Source: Blastocystis sp. Blastoise (Eukaryota; Protista; Bigyra: Opalinata). Taken from it: a stretch of DNA of 64,000 bases. The notes under the pieces were generated by a model. The model had not been told where the DNA came from, made no database searches, and saw only the letters and a program-made list of their open reading frames with translations. How positions within the stretch are numbered: the first letter of the stretch is position 1; each line of letters opens with the position of its first letter. The translations under genes were made by a program, and so were the position numbers. Shown here one piece after another: positions 38,212 to 56,573 of this stretch. The DNA is taken from positions 310,001-374,000 of the forward strand of contig JBBPEB010000026.1 in the NCBI GenBank assembly GCA_039096225.1. The letters are read 5' to 3'.

Positions 38212-38945
38212 ACATATATGTGTATATATTCTATCTGTATTTACATTATTTATATATACTATTCTATAACTAGAATAATAGATAAAGAAAAACACATATT
38301 TTCAATTTTTATTTTATTTCTTTTTCTTTGTGATTTCTTTATAATCTGATATACTATATATAAAAATTATAATTATTATCATTTTTCTTATTTGTTTGGT
38401 CTTCTTATTTTAATTTATTTTTACATATTTTAATTATTCATAATGTTTCGTTTAACACTTATAAAATATTAATATAATAGTTGCTATTTCAATATATATA
38501 TATTTAATAAAGTCATGTACTGTTGTATATATATGTATCACAAATAAAATACATTATCAATAAATGACAATTATTTCCATAATATTTATATTATGTTCTT
38601 TATATATATAAATAAATATTGATTTGGCATCAATATTAACAAAGAAATATGCTTTAAAATTTAAAGTTTTTTATATCAACGACAAACAACTGAAAATTAA
38701 TTGTTAAAAACCATTAATAATTTTCTTTAAATATAAAGACAATACCAAATAAAAACATAAAAATAAAATTAAACAGATTAAAACAAATATTCGAAATTTG
38801 AAAAACAGATAAAAACAAATAGAGAAAGAAATAATAGTAAAAGTAATTTATTTACGAGAAAATAAATACATATATAAAAATAGAATATTCATTAACATAT
38901 AATATATTATAGAAAAATAAGAAAAGATAACATATTATATAGCAA

Positions 38946-40876
38946 TTAATATTTTAAAGATATCTTTCCATTTTTAATATTGTTATTTTTTATATGATAA
39001 TACTGATAAGAATAAGGAGTAAATCCGATAGATATATAATATTCATAATATTCAAATATATTTAAACTACGAAATAATGTTTGTACATCTGGTATCTTTA
39101 TATTATTATATGTATTTAGAGAAGTATTATTTTCAGTTTCTAATTCTGACCTATATTGATCCATAGTATTATCATGAGTTAAATAAGTATGTTCATAACT
39201 ATTTGTACCACATTCTATATTATTAACAATACATAAACCAACATCTTCACCTGCATAATAAGAAACTATTTTATATCTTAAGAATATTTTTGACATACGA
39301 GGTCTTAAGAACATAATCACTCCGATATGATCAACTTTATAGTCATTATATCTTTTAATAGGTAAAACATATCCTAGAAAATAATAAGGATATATATATC
39401 CTCTGTGACCTATCATGATATCTTTAGAGGATAATAAGGATAATGTATCATTAATAGCATGGGTATCATCTAAATAAAAATCATCATCATTTATCATCAC
39501 ATATTCAGTATCAAATATAGAAGGCAAAAACGTCTTTCCGTGGTATTTTGAATTCCAATTAGAACACCATATGTAATATATAGGAATGATACTATTGAGA
39601 AATATAGATTTAGGATATTCTATGAAATGAAGATTTTGAAGAATTACGATATTTGTAGGCTTTATTGTCTGCTTTTCTATCGTTTCTATTATACCTATCG
39701 AACGAATTCGCTTATATATTGGCATTAAAAATGTTATTGTATTCGTTCTATTATCATCTTTATAATGGCATTCAAATAATCTTGGAATATTATTATTATT
39801 ATTATTTATCTTATTATTATTATTATTATTTATCTTATTATTATTATTCATCTTATTATTATTATTCATTTTATTATTATTATTATTATTATTATATATT
39901 TCAAATGATTCATATATCATCTTATGATTATCTATTATAAAGAAATATGGAATATAATCCATTATATTTATCATATTACGAGTAATTGTTGTAGAACTTA
40001 TTATCTTACGAATTAAATTCTGTTTTACTAATAAACATGTACTGATTTCTATATTATTATTCATTCTATTATTATTATCATTATTATCATTATTATTATT
40101 AATATTTGAAATACAAGAAAATAAATTTAAACGATTATATTCAAATCCAAATATTATTCTTGTTAACCATTCATTATTCAATTTAGATTTTATATTCATA
40201 TTCATATTCAATTTATCTTCATCAATATATAATATATAATCAGAAGGATAAAATATTGATATAAAAAAGGACATAACATCTGTTGAATCATAATTTTGAT
40301 ATATACAATAAGGAAATGAAATAGAAGAACAAGGATTCGATTCATAAGGAATATATTTTGAATTATTATTATTATTATTATCATCATAATTATTTTGTAT
40401 AATAAATATTTGTTGACGATTCACATAAGAAGAATCTATTCTTGATAATTCTAATGTCTCATTCGTTATCTTACTTGTTTTTATCACAATAATCAGAGTT
40501 GGAGGAACTTTAACTGTTTCTGCCATAGATACTACGTTGGAATTAACTTTCTCTTTTAGAGATGAGTCGATATTTTCAACTTTATTGAATCCTAGATTAC
40601 TAGAAACATTTTGGAATTTTGGCAATTTATTAACGACTCGTATCATAGGATCCATCGATACATAAAACGTTAGACAGTACTCAATGATGCATATAGGTAA
40701 TATAAAAATGCTAAATGATGTGAGGATACTATATAAAGGTAAAAATTAAAGAATAAAACAGTATATAAAAAGGAGAACCAAGAAAGATGTATTCAGAAAC
40801 TTACAATTTTATAAAAGATTCGCCTATATATATAAACATTAAATAAAAAAATAGTAAATGACATACAATGAGCCAT
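38946..40876 (-). CDS. Type II membrane GT-A-fold (GT2-like) glycosyltransferase
   Basis: A 10-nt first coding exon and a 19-nt micro-exon (40805-40823) splice in frame to give MAHCESFIKFILTSFSIFILPICIIEYC (signal anchor). The C-terminal domain has ITFLMPIYKR, INDDD (DxD) and GEDV. Confidence 0.7.
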
Positions 40877-41120
40877 TCTTTATTAATAATCAATAGTTAG
40901 AAAAGCAATTATTTTATAAAAATAATTTCTATGAAAAATAACCACATGAGATCTCATTTTTCTCTGGTGGTTCTCCATATGATTCAATCATCTGCTAGTG
41001 TCACTACCGAATATATTTTTCAGAAGAACATCTTTTAGAATATATTCATTCTAAAAGAAAAGTGATTTTTTTGGTTCACATAGTTCCTAGTCTAGCATAG
41101 ATAGAATTGAGAAATATCGA

Positions 41121-41193
41121 TCCCATGTAGTCTAGCCGGTTAGGATAGCGGGTTTTCACCTCGCCGACCCGGGTTCGAGTCCCGGCATGGGAA
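41121..41193 (+). tRNA. tRNA-Glu, anticodon TTC
   Basis: Acceptor stem TCCCATG/CATGGGA, anticodon arm GCGGG-TTTTCAC-CTCGC, T-loop GGTTCGAGTCC, followed by a T run (Pol III terminator). Confidence 0.97.
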
Positions 41194-41361
41194 TATTTTT
41201 ATGATTTTAAATTATTAGTAGAATTTTGAATGTATAATGCAGTAAAGAATTTTTTTAACAAAACCAAGGCAGATTATATTTATTTTCAATTTTATTTTTA
41301 TAAAAACATGTATGGATATCAAGAAAACCAATGATTGAAATAGTATAAAACATATATAAAA

Positions 41362-41935
41362 TTATTCTTCGTCTTCTTCTTCGAGTTTCTTGGCGAATGC
41401 CTCCAAACGAGCGTCTTCTTCTTCTTCAGACATTTTCACTTTATAATTAGTAACTCCATCCCAGAAACTATATATAATAATATACAGGTATTATTATTTG
41501 ATTTGAATGAAATATAGATAGTGATTAATAAATTAGTTGTATATTTTAATAAATAAACTATTTAAATATAATATATATATAAGAATATACTAAGCTTTAA
41601 GTTGTCTACCTGCAAAGAATCTACCATTCATCACTTTAACACACTTTATATATATAGTTATTATATTTTATAATTATAAAATAGTTTTATAGAATATATA
41701 ATAGTAATTATTTAAATATAATAATAATAATAATAATATATATATATATACTTCTTCAGCTTGTAATGGAGATTTGAATTTAACGACAACAATGCCGTTA
41801 GGATTCGTTTCAAAAACAGTGATTTTCACAACGTCTCCACATGCTGAGCATCCTTCCATCATATCACTCTCTAATTCATCCACAAAATGAGGTCCTATAT
41901 ATATATTATTATTATACTTATTATACTTATTATAC

Positions 41936-41966
<31 letters not shown>

Positions 41967-42048
41967 CTTTATTATTATTATTATACTTTATACTAATATA
42001 ATTGAACTATATCTTTTATAAAATAATAATAATCAATAGATATAATAT

Positions 42049-42085
<37 letters not shown>

Positions 42086-42974
42086 TAGTTGTATCTTTAA
42101 GGTCAAATACATTTTCAAGGACTACAATTCTAAGTCCTTTTTCATCTTCTAAGCCACTTTCAGCCCAGCTTAATTGCTGAGTCTGCTGAATCTTACGAAT
42201 CTTTCTCGCTTTCTCAGTTGTAATATCATCATTTATACGCTTTGTTCTATATAGAAAACAATAGTATATAATATGATAATAATAACAATAATAATAACAA
42301 TATAATAGTATATAATATAATATAACACACAAATCAATCATTAAAACTAATTCTATATATATATATCTACCCTTCTTTCTTTTCAAAAACAGCTTGGGAC
42401 ACTGATATATTTTCTTTATCGCTATAGATATAAACAACATAATAAAAAACAATAATAAATTTCTATTTTTAAAAATAAACAAATATATACGTATAACGTA
42501 AAGGATAGTCATCCATCATTTTTATAGCTAGAGCAACTGATTCTTCTCTTAAATAACAAATAGAAGCGTCACCTTTCAATTCACCTTTATCATTTCGATA
42601 CAATTTTATCTATTGAAACCATGAATTATAACTTAATCTATCAATAAATACTCTTGGTTCACCATTCTCATTCAGCTGAATTATACCATATTTACTAAAT
42701 ACTTCGTTTAATATATCCTCATTGACATCTTTAGGTAAATTTGTAATATAAATCCAAGAATTAGATTTAGGTTTCTTCCAACCATTCTTTGATTTATGCT
42801 TCGATTTTACTACTTCGACACTTAATTTAGAATCATTTTCCTTCTTCTCGTCAACTACTACATACATACATACAAATTGATTCCATATTTGTTTATAGAA
42901 TAAGTACCTTTTTCCTGAGTTTTTCCAGATTCCTTCTCATCAGCTACAGACTTCAAATCTTCTTTTTCACTCAT
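41362..42974 (-). CDS. HTATSF1: Splicing factor TAT-SF1/Cus2 (RRM plus UHM)
   Basis: WIYITNLPKD..FSKYGII...PRIKLY..G.LKGDA.ICY...SV.LAI; VVLENVF; G.V.KI.VF..NP.GIVVVKF; MNGRFFAGRQL...WDG.T.Y. The downstream junctions were traced in frame. Confidence 0.92.
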
Positions 42975-43322
42975 CGATAGATAATTGAATTGTGAATTAA
43001 AAATATACACAAATAATTGAATAACTAGGAAAAACAAATTCGTTTTTCCAGTATTCTTCACTAAATTCCCAGGAGTATTCATTTTTACAATAAAAAAAAT
43101 ATTTACATATTTTGTTCGTGTTATTCTATAAATTAAACTTTCAATTTGAAAAGTTTAATTTGTTTATTAACTCAAGGTGTTTAGATCAGTAAAAGTATAT
43201 GACTTTTTATCAATTTTGATTTTATGAATTAGCTTTTATATCCTAATACTTGGCTTAATCTACATAAAACTACATTTTCAATATTCAAAAACTATTTTTC
43301 TACAAATTGTTCTATTTCAAAA

Positions 43323-46131
<2,809 letters not shown>

Positions 46132-46831
46132 ATCTATATATATATAGTATACTTTTCGTTTTCAATTGTCATTTCTTTCTGTTTGTGTTTATTATTATAT
46201 ACTAACAAAAATAGTTTGTTAAAATTATATTTATTTTATTATAGAAAACAATTATATAGCTATTAATATATTAACTAAACTAGAATATATTTATTGTTCA
46301 TGTAGAATCATAGAATAGAATATCCATTTTTTTCATGTAAAAAGTATATAAATAATTATAAAAAATAGTTAATATATAGAATAAAAATATATATATATAT
46401 GTATATAAAAGAAATAGTATTCCATTATTCACAATATTATTTCACAAAAAACGTTACATAACAAGATAAACAATGAAACTATCAACGAAAGACAGCTGTA
46501 TCTTTTTGTTATAAACACTAATAAAAGATGACGGAAAACAATGAATAATCAAATATACATAGTTATATATATAAATATATATAAAACATAGTATATTAAT
46601 ATAAATTTGATTGAACAGAAGTAAAATAAAAAGTATATATAGATAATAATAATAATATAAAAGTACAAACATTCCTCTTTTTCTATATATATTGAAAAAT
46701 TAGTAATAATTATTATTATGATTAAATATTGCTAATAGAATAATAATAATAGACTATATATATACGAAATTATGAAAACTAAAAAATATAGAGGAATAAT
46801 TCTTCCTAAATATGTATATATAGCAATTCAT

Positions 46832-47100
46832 TTAATTATCTGATTTGACTTCTTCTGTTTCTTGAGGGATAGAATCTACAATAACCGCGGGAGTTGAAGG
46901 AGAAATAGTAGAAGTAGGAATAACCGAGATAGACTGATTTTCATTTTCAGTTACATCTGAAATCGGATGAGTGGGAGAATTTTTTTCAACATCAATAACC
47001 GTGGATATATCTTCTTTCTTATTGTTATTTTTATCTACTTTTTCTATATATATAAGTTTTATATTTATAGAATTAAATAAAAAATAAATATTTTTTACGA

Positions 47101-47159
<59 letters not shown>

Positions 47160-47266
47160 CCTTTATCTTGTTCTTTGGGTTCTAATGTTTTTGCACCAGG
47201 AAGACATAATGAGATAGATGCTATAATAGCTATAGCCAAACCTATATATATATATTATTATTATAG

Positions 47267-47319
<53 letters not shown>

Positions 47320-47838
47320 ATATATATACCAAAGCAACCACCAGAAAGAAAGCATATGACAGGGGATGCATCATAAACGTATCCTTCAACGGTAGGAACA
47401 AGAATTGTAGCAACTTGGCCTGCAAGAACACCTGTATATATAGTACTAGTAATATGCTAGTAATAATAGTTATATACCAATAGATAAAACTCCACCTTGA
47501 TTATCTTTAGGACCATGAATCTATATATATAAGAATATATTAATTATATATATATATATATAAGAATATACTAATAATATATATATAAGAATATATTAAT
47601 TATATATATATAAGAATATATTAATTATATATATATAAATATACAGAGAGAAGAGAAGGAGAGATAGGGGCCATGAAAGAGAAACCAATAAACATAAAAG
47701 TACAAGAAATATAAGAAAACCATAAGATTTGAATATATGCCATTAATATAAAACCTATTACTATATATATAATGAATATAATAATTAATAGTATAAAGAG
47801 TATAATAATGAGTAATTCATAAAAAAAAGTTATAAAAA

Positions 47839-47904
<66 letters not shown>

Positions 47905-49437
47905 TCAAACATCCAGCAAAAACAGCAATCCACACTATATATAGAAATAATATTATTTATATAAACAAAATAAATTATAAAAATAGTAATATATCTATGT
48001 ATATATACAGAAAGGTATATGTAATTTGTTATGGAAAAGAGGGAACAAATAAACTTGAACAATAATCGTGAATACTCCAGTAACAGCAAAGATTAGACTA
48101 TTAAATAATAATAATAACAATAATAATAATAATAATAATAATAATAATTCAATAAATACTAATAATAATAATAATATATACCTATAATCAAGAGAAGAGC
48201 CTCCTAATTCTTCCATAATAAATTGACCATACCTATATATATATAATAATAATAATAAATATATATATAATAATAAATAGAATACATTGTAGAGAATAAA
48301 CAGCAAATTGAATCATTAAAGAAACGGAATAGCATTCCAAGCCACTATATAACATAATTCATAATAATAATTCTTAATATATAAATAGATACAATTCCCA
48401 TATCAAAATGAATTTTTTCTTTCTTTTCTCCTTTGCCTATAAAAAAAGAATAAATATATATATTTATAGCACATAATATATCAATACTTCTGTCTTGAAT
48501 GTCTTTCAATTCTTTATCACATTGTTCAATTTGTTTCTTTTCTTCTTCTTCAGTATTTTTCTTTGATTTTACTTGTCGAATTAATCTCTTTTTCTCTTTT
48601 TTCACTCTATTACGATCAATAACATCTTTATTTGTTTCTTTTAAGGAAATAACAGCACATATATTCACGATTAATGCACATCCTGAAGCAACATAACTAT
48701 ATATGTATTTATAGTGTGTTTTGAATATATATATATATATATATATATATTGGCATTGAATATAACAATATAAATATTTTTCATATACATTATATATGTA
48801 ATATATAATATATTATATATATATATAAAACATATATAATAACTATTATATATATAAATACTAAGGGAATCTCATATTAACAGCAGATAGCAGCCCTCCT
48901 AAGAAAGGTCCTATAACGAAAGAGGTAGCGACAAGAGCTGTAGTATGACCTAAATACTTCGAACGTTCATCAGCAGGAATAATATCTGCAATATAAGCTT
49001 GACCGATTGTTTGAGAACCACCTAAAAGACCAGTATAAGCTCTAGTTACAATAAACAAAGCAAGATTTGGAGATAAAGCTTGTAGTAAAGGACCTATAAT
49101 ATATATATATTCAATAACTTTGAAACAAAAACAAAAAAATATATATACCTGTCCATGAACCAAACAGAGATAATATCAAATAAGGTCGTCTACCAAACTT
49201 GTCAGATAAAGCACCTAATGCAACAGCACCTAAATCACAGTGAATAACCAAAATAAAGAGTGATTCCTTACTGATAGCTTGTGTCAACGCATAGATACTT
49301 GCTGTGTATCCTAACTCAGTTGCTGATCCACCAAGGTCTTTAATAATATAAGGAAGAGTAGGGATAACAAAAGAGAACCCAATGGAATCAATGAAAACAG
49401 TTAAGTAAACAATAATTAGTTGTCCTGGGAATTTCAT
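46832..49437 (-). CDS. MFS transporter, DHA1/TetA-like; tandem copy 1
   Basis: TVFIDSIGFSFVIPTLP, GALSDKFGRRP, QAYIAD..P..ERS and GPFLGG. Confidence 0.9.
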
Positions 49438-49608
49438 TTTCTTCACAGTTCAATTTATGATAAAAGCTAAATATCAATGAAAGCGATTTCAGCTCAAAAA
49501 TAAAATAATGCTAATGAACGGAGTCAAGACTGTTGTTTTTCTGGTCACATGTATTGTCTACATGAATCCAGCCGTAAATATCATATTTATTATATATTCT
49601 TTAACAAT

Positions 49609-49616
49609 TACCCCCT
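49609..49616. promoter_or_regulatory. TACCCCCT motif upstream of MFS copy 1
   Basis: The same 8-mer occurs at 52795-52802 and 56789-56796, and inverted at 52992-52999, upstream of the other two paralogs. Confidence 0.5.
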
Positions 49617-50141
49617 ATGCATTACAAGAAATCGTTAAAATAATTTCAGTTGGCTATTCAAGAGCAATCTGAAAGTAACTGAAAATAAAACACAAATAGA
49701 ATTCCAGGAAAATACAGCAGAATGATTGGCTGATTGATTTGCAACCACAAATTAAGACGCAGATGATTCAAAACACATGTGTAGAATTCTGGGAAAAAAA
49801 TGATATAAAAAATACTTTTGTTTGTAAGGATTTATGTGTATATTTATATGTTTTATTCTATTTTAAATACTTATAGAGTATTGGTATTTAAATATTAAAT
49901 TAGCAAACACAACAATATAATTATGAATAATTACATTCAAAAAACACAAAAGTGAAAAAAGAAACATCTATATATATTTAGATGCATAAAAAAGGAAATA
50001 AAAAACAATTAAGAATTATGTTACGTAAAACAAATAAGAACAAAGATATAATAATACATAAACAAATGATACATAATACTAAATATCCATTACAACTCAT
50101 TAGTATTGTATATATATCTATAAAATATATTCCTAAAATAT

Positions 50142-50551
50142 TTATTGATTTGTTTCTGTAGATGATGACACAACGGGAGAAATAGCATTCGTGTTAGGAG
50201 AGGGAGTATCCACAACAGTTACTACAGGAATAGCTTGAACTTCATTTTCAGTAGCTGTTTTAGAAGGAGAAGTAGCAATAGCTTTTTCAGCGTCAGAAGT
50301 ATCTATTGTTTTTTCATCTTTATCTTTATATTCTATAGGATATAGAATTAGATAGAATTAGGTAATAGTAAATAAAGTATGAATAATTTAAAAGGATAGA
50401 ATATATATATTATATATATACCATCAGCAAAAACAGGTTTTTCAATATCTTTTCCGCCAGGAATACAAAGAGTAATAGCAGCTTGTAAAGCAATCAAAAT
50501 ACCTATATAAATATAGAATAGTTAATTAAGTTACAGAATAGATTAAAATAA

Positions 50552-50630
<79 letters not shown>

Positions 50631-51137
50631 ATATACCGAATGCAGCGCCACTGACAAAGCAAGCTACAGGAGATGCAGAATATATATATCCTTCGACAGT
50701 AGGGACAATAATCATAGCAATTTGACCAGCTAAAACACCTATATATATATATTATAAAATAATATATATGTATGTATATATATATACCTAAAGAGAGAAC
50801 TCCACCTTGATTATCTTTAGGGCCATGAATCTATATAATATTATTCAGATAGAGAATGAAAATAATAATAATAAAATGAATAATAATAATAATAATAATA
50901 TCATTATATATATACGGAGAGAAGAGAAGGAGAAATAGGACAAAGAAAAGAGAATCCGATAAACATGACAGAAGCAGATATATACGAGCACCATAATACA
51001 TGTATATAGGCCATCATGAAATAACCAGCAGCTATATATATATATATATATTAATAATTATTATGATATATTATATATTATTATTATATATACCATTAAT
51101 GAGTCCACCAATAATAGAAATACCCACTATATATATA

Positions 51138-51175
<38 letters not shown>

Positions 51176-51480
51176 CTATAAGATAAATGACATTTATTAT
51201 GAAGTAAGGGGAAGAGTAATAATTGAGTTAATAAAGTGAATACACCTGTTGTACCAAAGATTAAACTATATATAATAAGTAAAAGTATAAGTATAATATA
51301 TACCTATAATCAACAGAAGTACCCCCTAATTTTTCCATAATAAATTGACCATACCTATTTATATATAAATAATAATATATATAAATATAAATATATATAT
51401 ACATAGAAGAGAAAATGCAACAAGCAGAATCATTTAAGAATCTTTGAATAATACCTGTCCACTATATATATATATTAATG

Positions 51481-51532
<52 letters not shown>

Positions 51533-51680
51533 TCCGAGATCCATCTTAACTTTTTGTTTCTTTTCATTCTTAGCTATATATACATAATAATCGAATTAAT
51601 ATATATATATATATACAACTAGTAGTAAGATTCTTTAATTTATTATTAATTTCATTAAGACGTTCACCTTCAGCATCAGC

Positions 51681-51756
<76 letters not shown>

Positions 51757-52588
51757 GTAAAAAAAAAACATAAATAAAACAAACAGCATACATAAACCAG
51801 TTTTCTTAAGAATTTGTTTTCTTTCTTTAGTTAATTGTTTCTTTAAAATAACGTTTTGATTTGTTTCTTTTAATATAAATATGACAAGAATTAAAACTAC
51901 AAAAGCACATATAGAGGCAGCATAACTATATATATATATTAAAATAAATACATTTATAAAATATGAAAAAAATATATTATAAAAATAACATACTAAGGGA
52001 AACGAAGAGAAATAGCAGTAAGAACTCCACCAAGAAGAGGTCCAATAACGAAAGAAACAGCAACAATAGCAGTAGATTGAGTTAAATACTTAGAACGTTC
52101 TTCAGGTGCAATACTATCAGCAATATATGCTTGACCAATAGTTTGAGAACCACCAAGAATACCAGTAAATGCACGACTTACAATGAATAAAGGAAGATTT
52201 GGAGAAAAGGCTTGAAATAAAGGACCTATATAATAATGAAAACAATAAATACATAAGTAAAAAGTATTGCATATAAATAAATTGTTCCTATATATACCAA
52301 GGAAAGAACCAATAAGAGAAAGAACAAAATAAGGTTTACGACCTCCTTTATCAGATAATGAGCCCATACCCACAGCACCTACAGAGATAATTATGTTTTT
52401 AAATAGATATTAAATCATATACTGATAGCTTGTGTCAATGCATAAATACTAGCAGTATATCCAACCTCTGTAGCACTACCTCCTAATTCACTAATAATAT
52501 AGGGAAGTGTTGGGAGAACAAAAGAAAAGCCAATAGCATCAATGAAGACAGTCAAATAGACAAGAATAAGTTGTTTAGGGAAAGCCAT
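50142..52588 (-). CDS. MFS transporter, DHA1/TetA-like; tandem copy 2
   Basis: MAFPKQLILVYLTVFIDA, GSLSDKGGRKP, QAYIAD and GPLLGG; exon layout matches copy 1. Confidence 0.9.
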
Positions 52589-53778
52589 TGTTCAAAAATT
52601 AAGAAAATGAATAAAAAATAATAATTAATTTTCTATATTATCAATCATGGGCAATTTTTAAAAGTAAACACTTTTTCGGCTCTTTTAGAATAAAAATCAT
52701 TATTAGCCATACAAAGTGTGTTTCTGTGGATGACGCATCTCAAATGAATATTGTTTTCTGGTTTTCATCAAAATCATAAGAATAAACGAATATTTACCCC
52801 CTTAAATAATGTTTAACATCTTTTTTCAGTCAAAGACTTAAAAATAGACAAGAATAGGTATCAATCTTGAAAAGAATATTCACGGGGAATCAAAGTTTTT
52901 AACTCTAAATCAAAAATTAATCTTGATTTTTTTATCCATTTTTCTATAAAATCGTCATTAAAAAATCAGAAAAATTCAGCAGAGAAGTTGTAGGGGGTAT
53001 ATTACCACATATCTGAGGATAATGATTGGCTTTTGACAATCTTTATTTTCATATAAATGGATATTCATCATTACCTCCAAAAAAATATTCGTGGTTAACC
53101 CAAGAATTCTCTTGAAAATCCAAAAAGAAAAATGTGGTGATAAAAATGTGTATATAATTTTTTTTAATTTATCCAGGTATAAAATTATATATTTCTAATC
53201 TGTTTTTTGGGATGTACACGAAAAGCTGAAAATGCTGATATGCATAATTTTTTTGAGTTATGGTCTCAACAAGATTATTTGAATTGATGATTTTTTTAAA
53301 TGTATTTTTTGTTATCAGGCTATAGTGAACATATGCTTCTTATCAGAAAACAACAAGAACAAAGAGGGAATAAGAAGATTGATCGTTGATTCTTTTTTTT
53401 TACTAGTTGATGTTTTGTTTAGAGAAAATGAATATGTGTATTGGATATTTGATTCGTTGTTTATAGCTTTGAGTCACTTTTCTAGCCTTTTTATCACAAA
53501 AATTGACTAATTATATTTTTTTCATATCTTTTAAGTTTCATCCAGGATCTTTGAGGATCAACAAAACTATGTTTACAAAAAAAAGTAGTTAATCATAATA
53601 TAATAATAAAAATAGTATATATTTGTAGAAAAAATAGTTCTATTCGATAACAAAAAATAAATAATAAGACAAAAACATTAAAAAAAAGATTAAAAACTAA
53701 AAATCATATTGATATTTAGTATGTCAAAATAAACAAAAGTTGGTGAGTATATAATATGAAAATAATACTATGTATAAC

Positions 53779-54134
53779 CTAATTATTATTGGGTGTAATA
53801 TTTTCAATAATAATTCCTTCTACTGGTGTAGCTACAGGAGTAGGTAGAGAAATTGTTTCTGTAAGTGAACCCATAGCAGATGTAGAATGACTATCATTTA
53901 AAGTATTATTTGATTTCTTTTCAGAGAATTCAGAGAGTTTTTCAATATCACTGTTAATACTAGTATTCTGTTTTACTATTTATTAAGATAATACAATAAG
54001 TATGAGTATTTTATTATATATATACATTGTGACTGAATAGGTTTTTCAATTGTTTTTCCACCAGGAAGACAATAGGTAACAGCAGCTTCTAAGGCTATCA
54101 CTAAACCTATATAGGTTTATTATTATTATTATGA

Positions 54135-54205
<71 letters not shown>

Positions 54206-54859
54206 AGATACCGAATGCAGCGCCACTAACAAAGCAAGCTACAGGCGATACTTCATATACATATCCTTCGACAGTAGGGACAATAATCATAGCAATCTGA
54301 CCAGCAATAACACCTAGAGAAATGATAATGATAATAATATATATATATTTTTGTAGATTTATATAGTAATATTTTACATATATATACCTAAAGAGAGAAC
54401 TCCACCTTGATTATCTTTAGGGCCATGTAACTTTAAAATATATATTTTAAATATAATTATCATTAATATTATATACTAATAATAATACTACATTCAATAT
54501 ATATTATTAAATAAATAAATATACAGATAAAAGTGAAGGTGCAATTGGACATATAAGAGAGAAACCAATATACATAATAGAAGAAGATATATAAGAAGAC
54601 CATAATATATGTATATAGGCCATCATGAAATAACCAATAGCTAGAATAACAATGAATATATATATAATAATATATATTGATTAAACAAAAAATAAAATAA
54701 ATAGCAAAGAATTACATATCTATTATATATATTTACCATTGAAAAGTCCACCCAATATAGATATACTTACTAAAAAAAATATGAATATGAATAATAAAAT
54801 AACAAAAAAAATAATCATAAAAATAGATAATCATAAAAATAGATAATCATAATAATTTG

Positions 54860-54940
<81 letters not shown>

Positions 54941-56183
54941 CATATATATATATACAATAAGACCAATGACATCTTTTATGAAGGAATGGATGAACCCATA
55001 ATTGAGTGATTAGTGTAAATATACCAGTGACAGCAAAGATAAGACTATAAGTATATAGAATAGTTGAGTATATTAATAATATAGTCAATATATATATATA
55101 CGCATAATCAACAGATGAGCCTCCTAATCTTTCCATAATAAATTGACCATACCTATATATGTATATATATATATATATATAATAAACATTAGACTATAAT
55201 TCCATAAAGAGGAATGTATATACATAACCTAACAAATTAATAAAAAACAAAACTATTATTATTATATATATACATTGATGAGAAAATACAAGTAGCACTA
55301 TCATTTAAGAATCTTTGAATAACAGAAAATACCTATAGAATATAAAGAATAGAATAGATTTAATTTATATATATATACTATTCCTAGATCGATTTTAATT
55401 TTTTCTTGTTTTGTATTTTTTTCTATATAAATAATATATACTAATAAACATTAATAATATAATCATACTAATTTCTATCATTTCTTTTATTCTAGAATCA
55501 ATCTCTTCAAGACGTTTTCCTTCTTCTTCAGCTATAGAAATAGTATTATAGTATTATTAAACACTATCTCTGCTAATAATAATAATAATTTATATATAAT
55601 AGTATACAATACTAATAATAAGTATATATATATATATATATACTGTAAGCAGTTTTCTTTGTAATAGTTTTTCGTTCTTTCTTTAAATTCTTCTTTTCAA
55701 TAACTGTTTCATTTGTTTCCTTTAATAAGAATATACAAGCAACATAAACAAGAAAAGCAATTATAGCTGCACAATAACTATATATATATGATTATTAATA
55801 TAAAAAATAATTATTAATATTAAAAAAAATAATTATTAATATTAAAAAAAAATAATTATTAATTAAAAAATAATTATTAATTAAAAAATAATTATTAATA
55901 TAAAAAATAATAATAATAATAATAATATATACTAAGGGAATCTGAGTTCAATTCCAGATAATAATCCTCCAACGAGCGGCCCTACCGTGAAAGACAAAGC
56001 GACAATAGCTGAGCATTGACCTAAATATGTAGAACGTTCTTCGGGAGGTGTAATATCAGCAATATAAGCCTGAGCAACCGTTTGAGAACCACCTAAAAGA
56101 CCAGTATAAGCACGTGTTATAAAGAAAAGCACAAGGTTCGGAGAAAGAGCTTGCAATATTGGACCTATATAGAAATCACAATA

Positions 56184-56223
<40 letters not shown>

Positions 56224-56573
56224 AAACATATATCATAACAAATATTCAAAGTATATCTATCTTATATACCGCTAAATGAACCAAAGAGAGATAAGAATAT
56301 ATAAGTTTTACGTCCAAAACGATCCGATAAAGCTCCCATGACTACATTACCTATACATAAAATCACACTAATTCTATTCATTCTTTTATATATTAATGTA
56401 TATATACTTATGGCCTGTGTGATGGCATAGATACTAGTTAGATATCCAAGTTCAGTAGATGTACCGCCTAATTCTTTCACAATGAATGGAAGAGTAGGAC
56501 AGACAAAAGAGAATCCAACTGCATCAATAAACACAGTAAGATACACTAAGATAAGTTGTTTAGGAAATTTCAT
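53779..56573 (-). CDS. MFS transporter, DHA1/TetA-like; tandem copy 3
   Basis: MKFPKQLILVYLTVFIDA, GALSDRFGRK, QAYIAD and GPLVGG; exon layout matches copies 1 and 2. Confidence 0.9.

Noticed and set aside
40960-41100. Possible snoRNA or snRNA upstream of tRNA-Glu
   Set aside because: No convincing C/D, H/ACA or Sm-site architecture.
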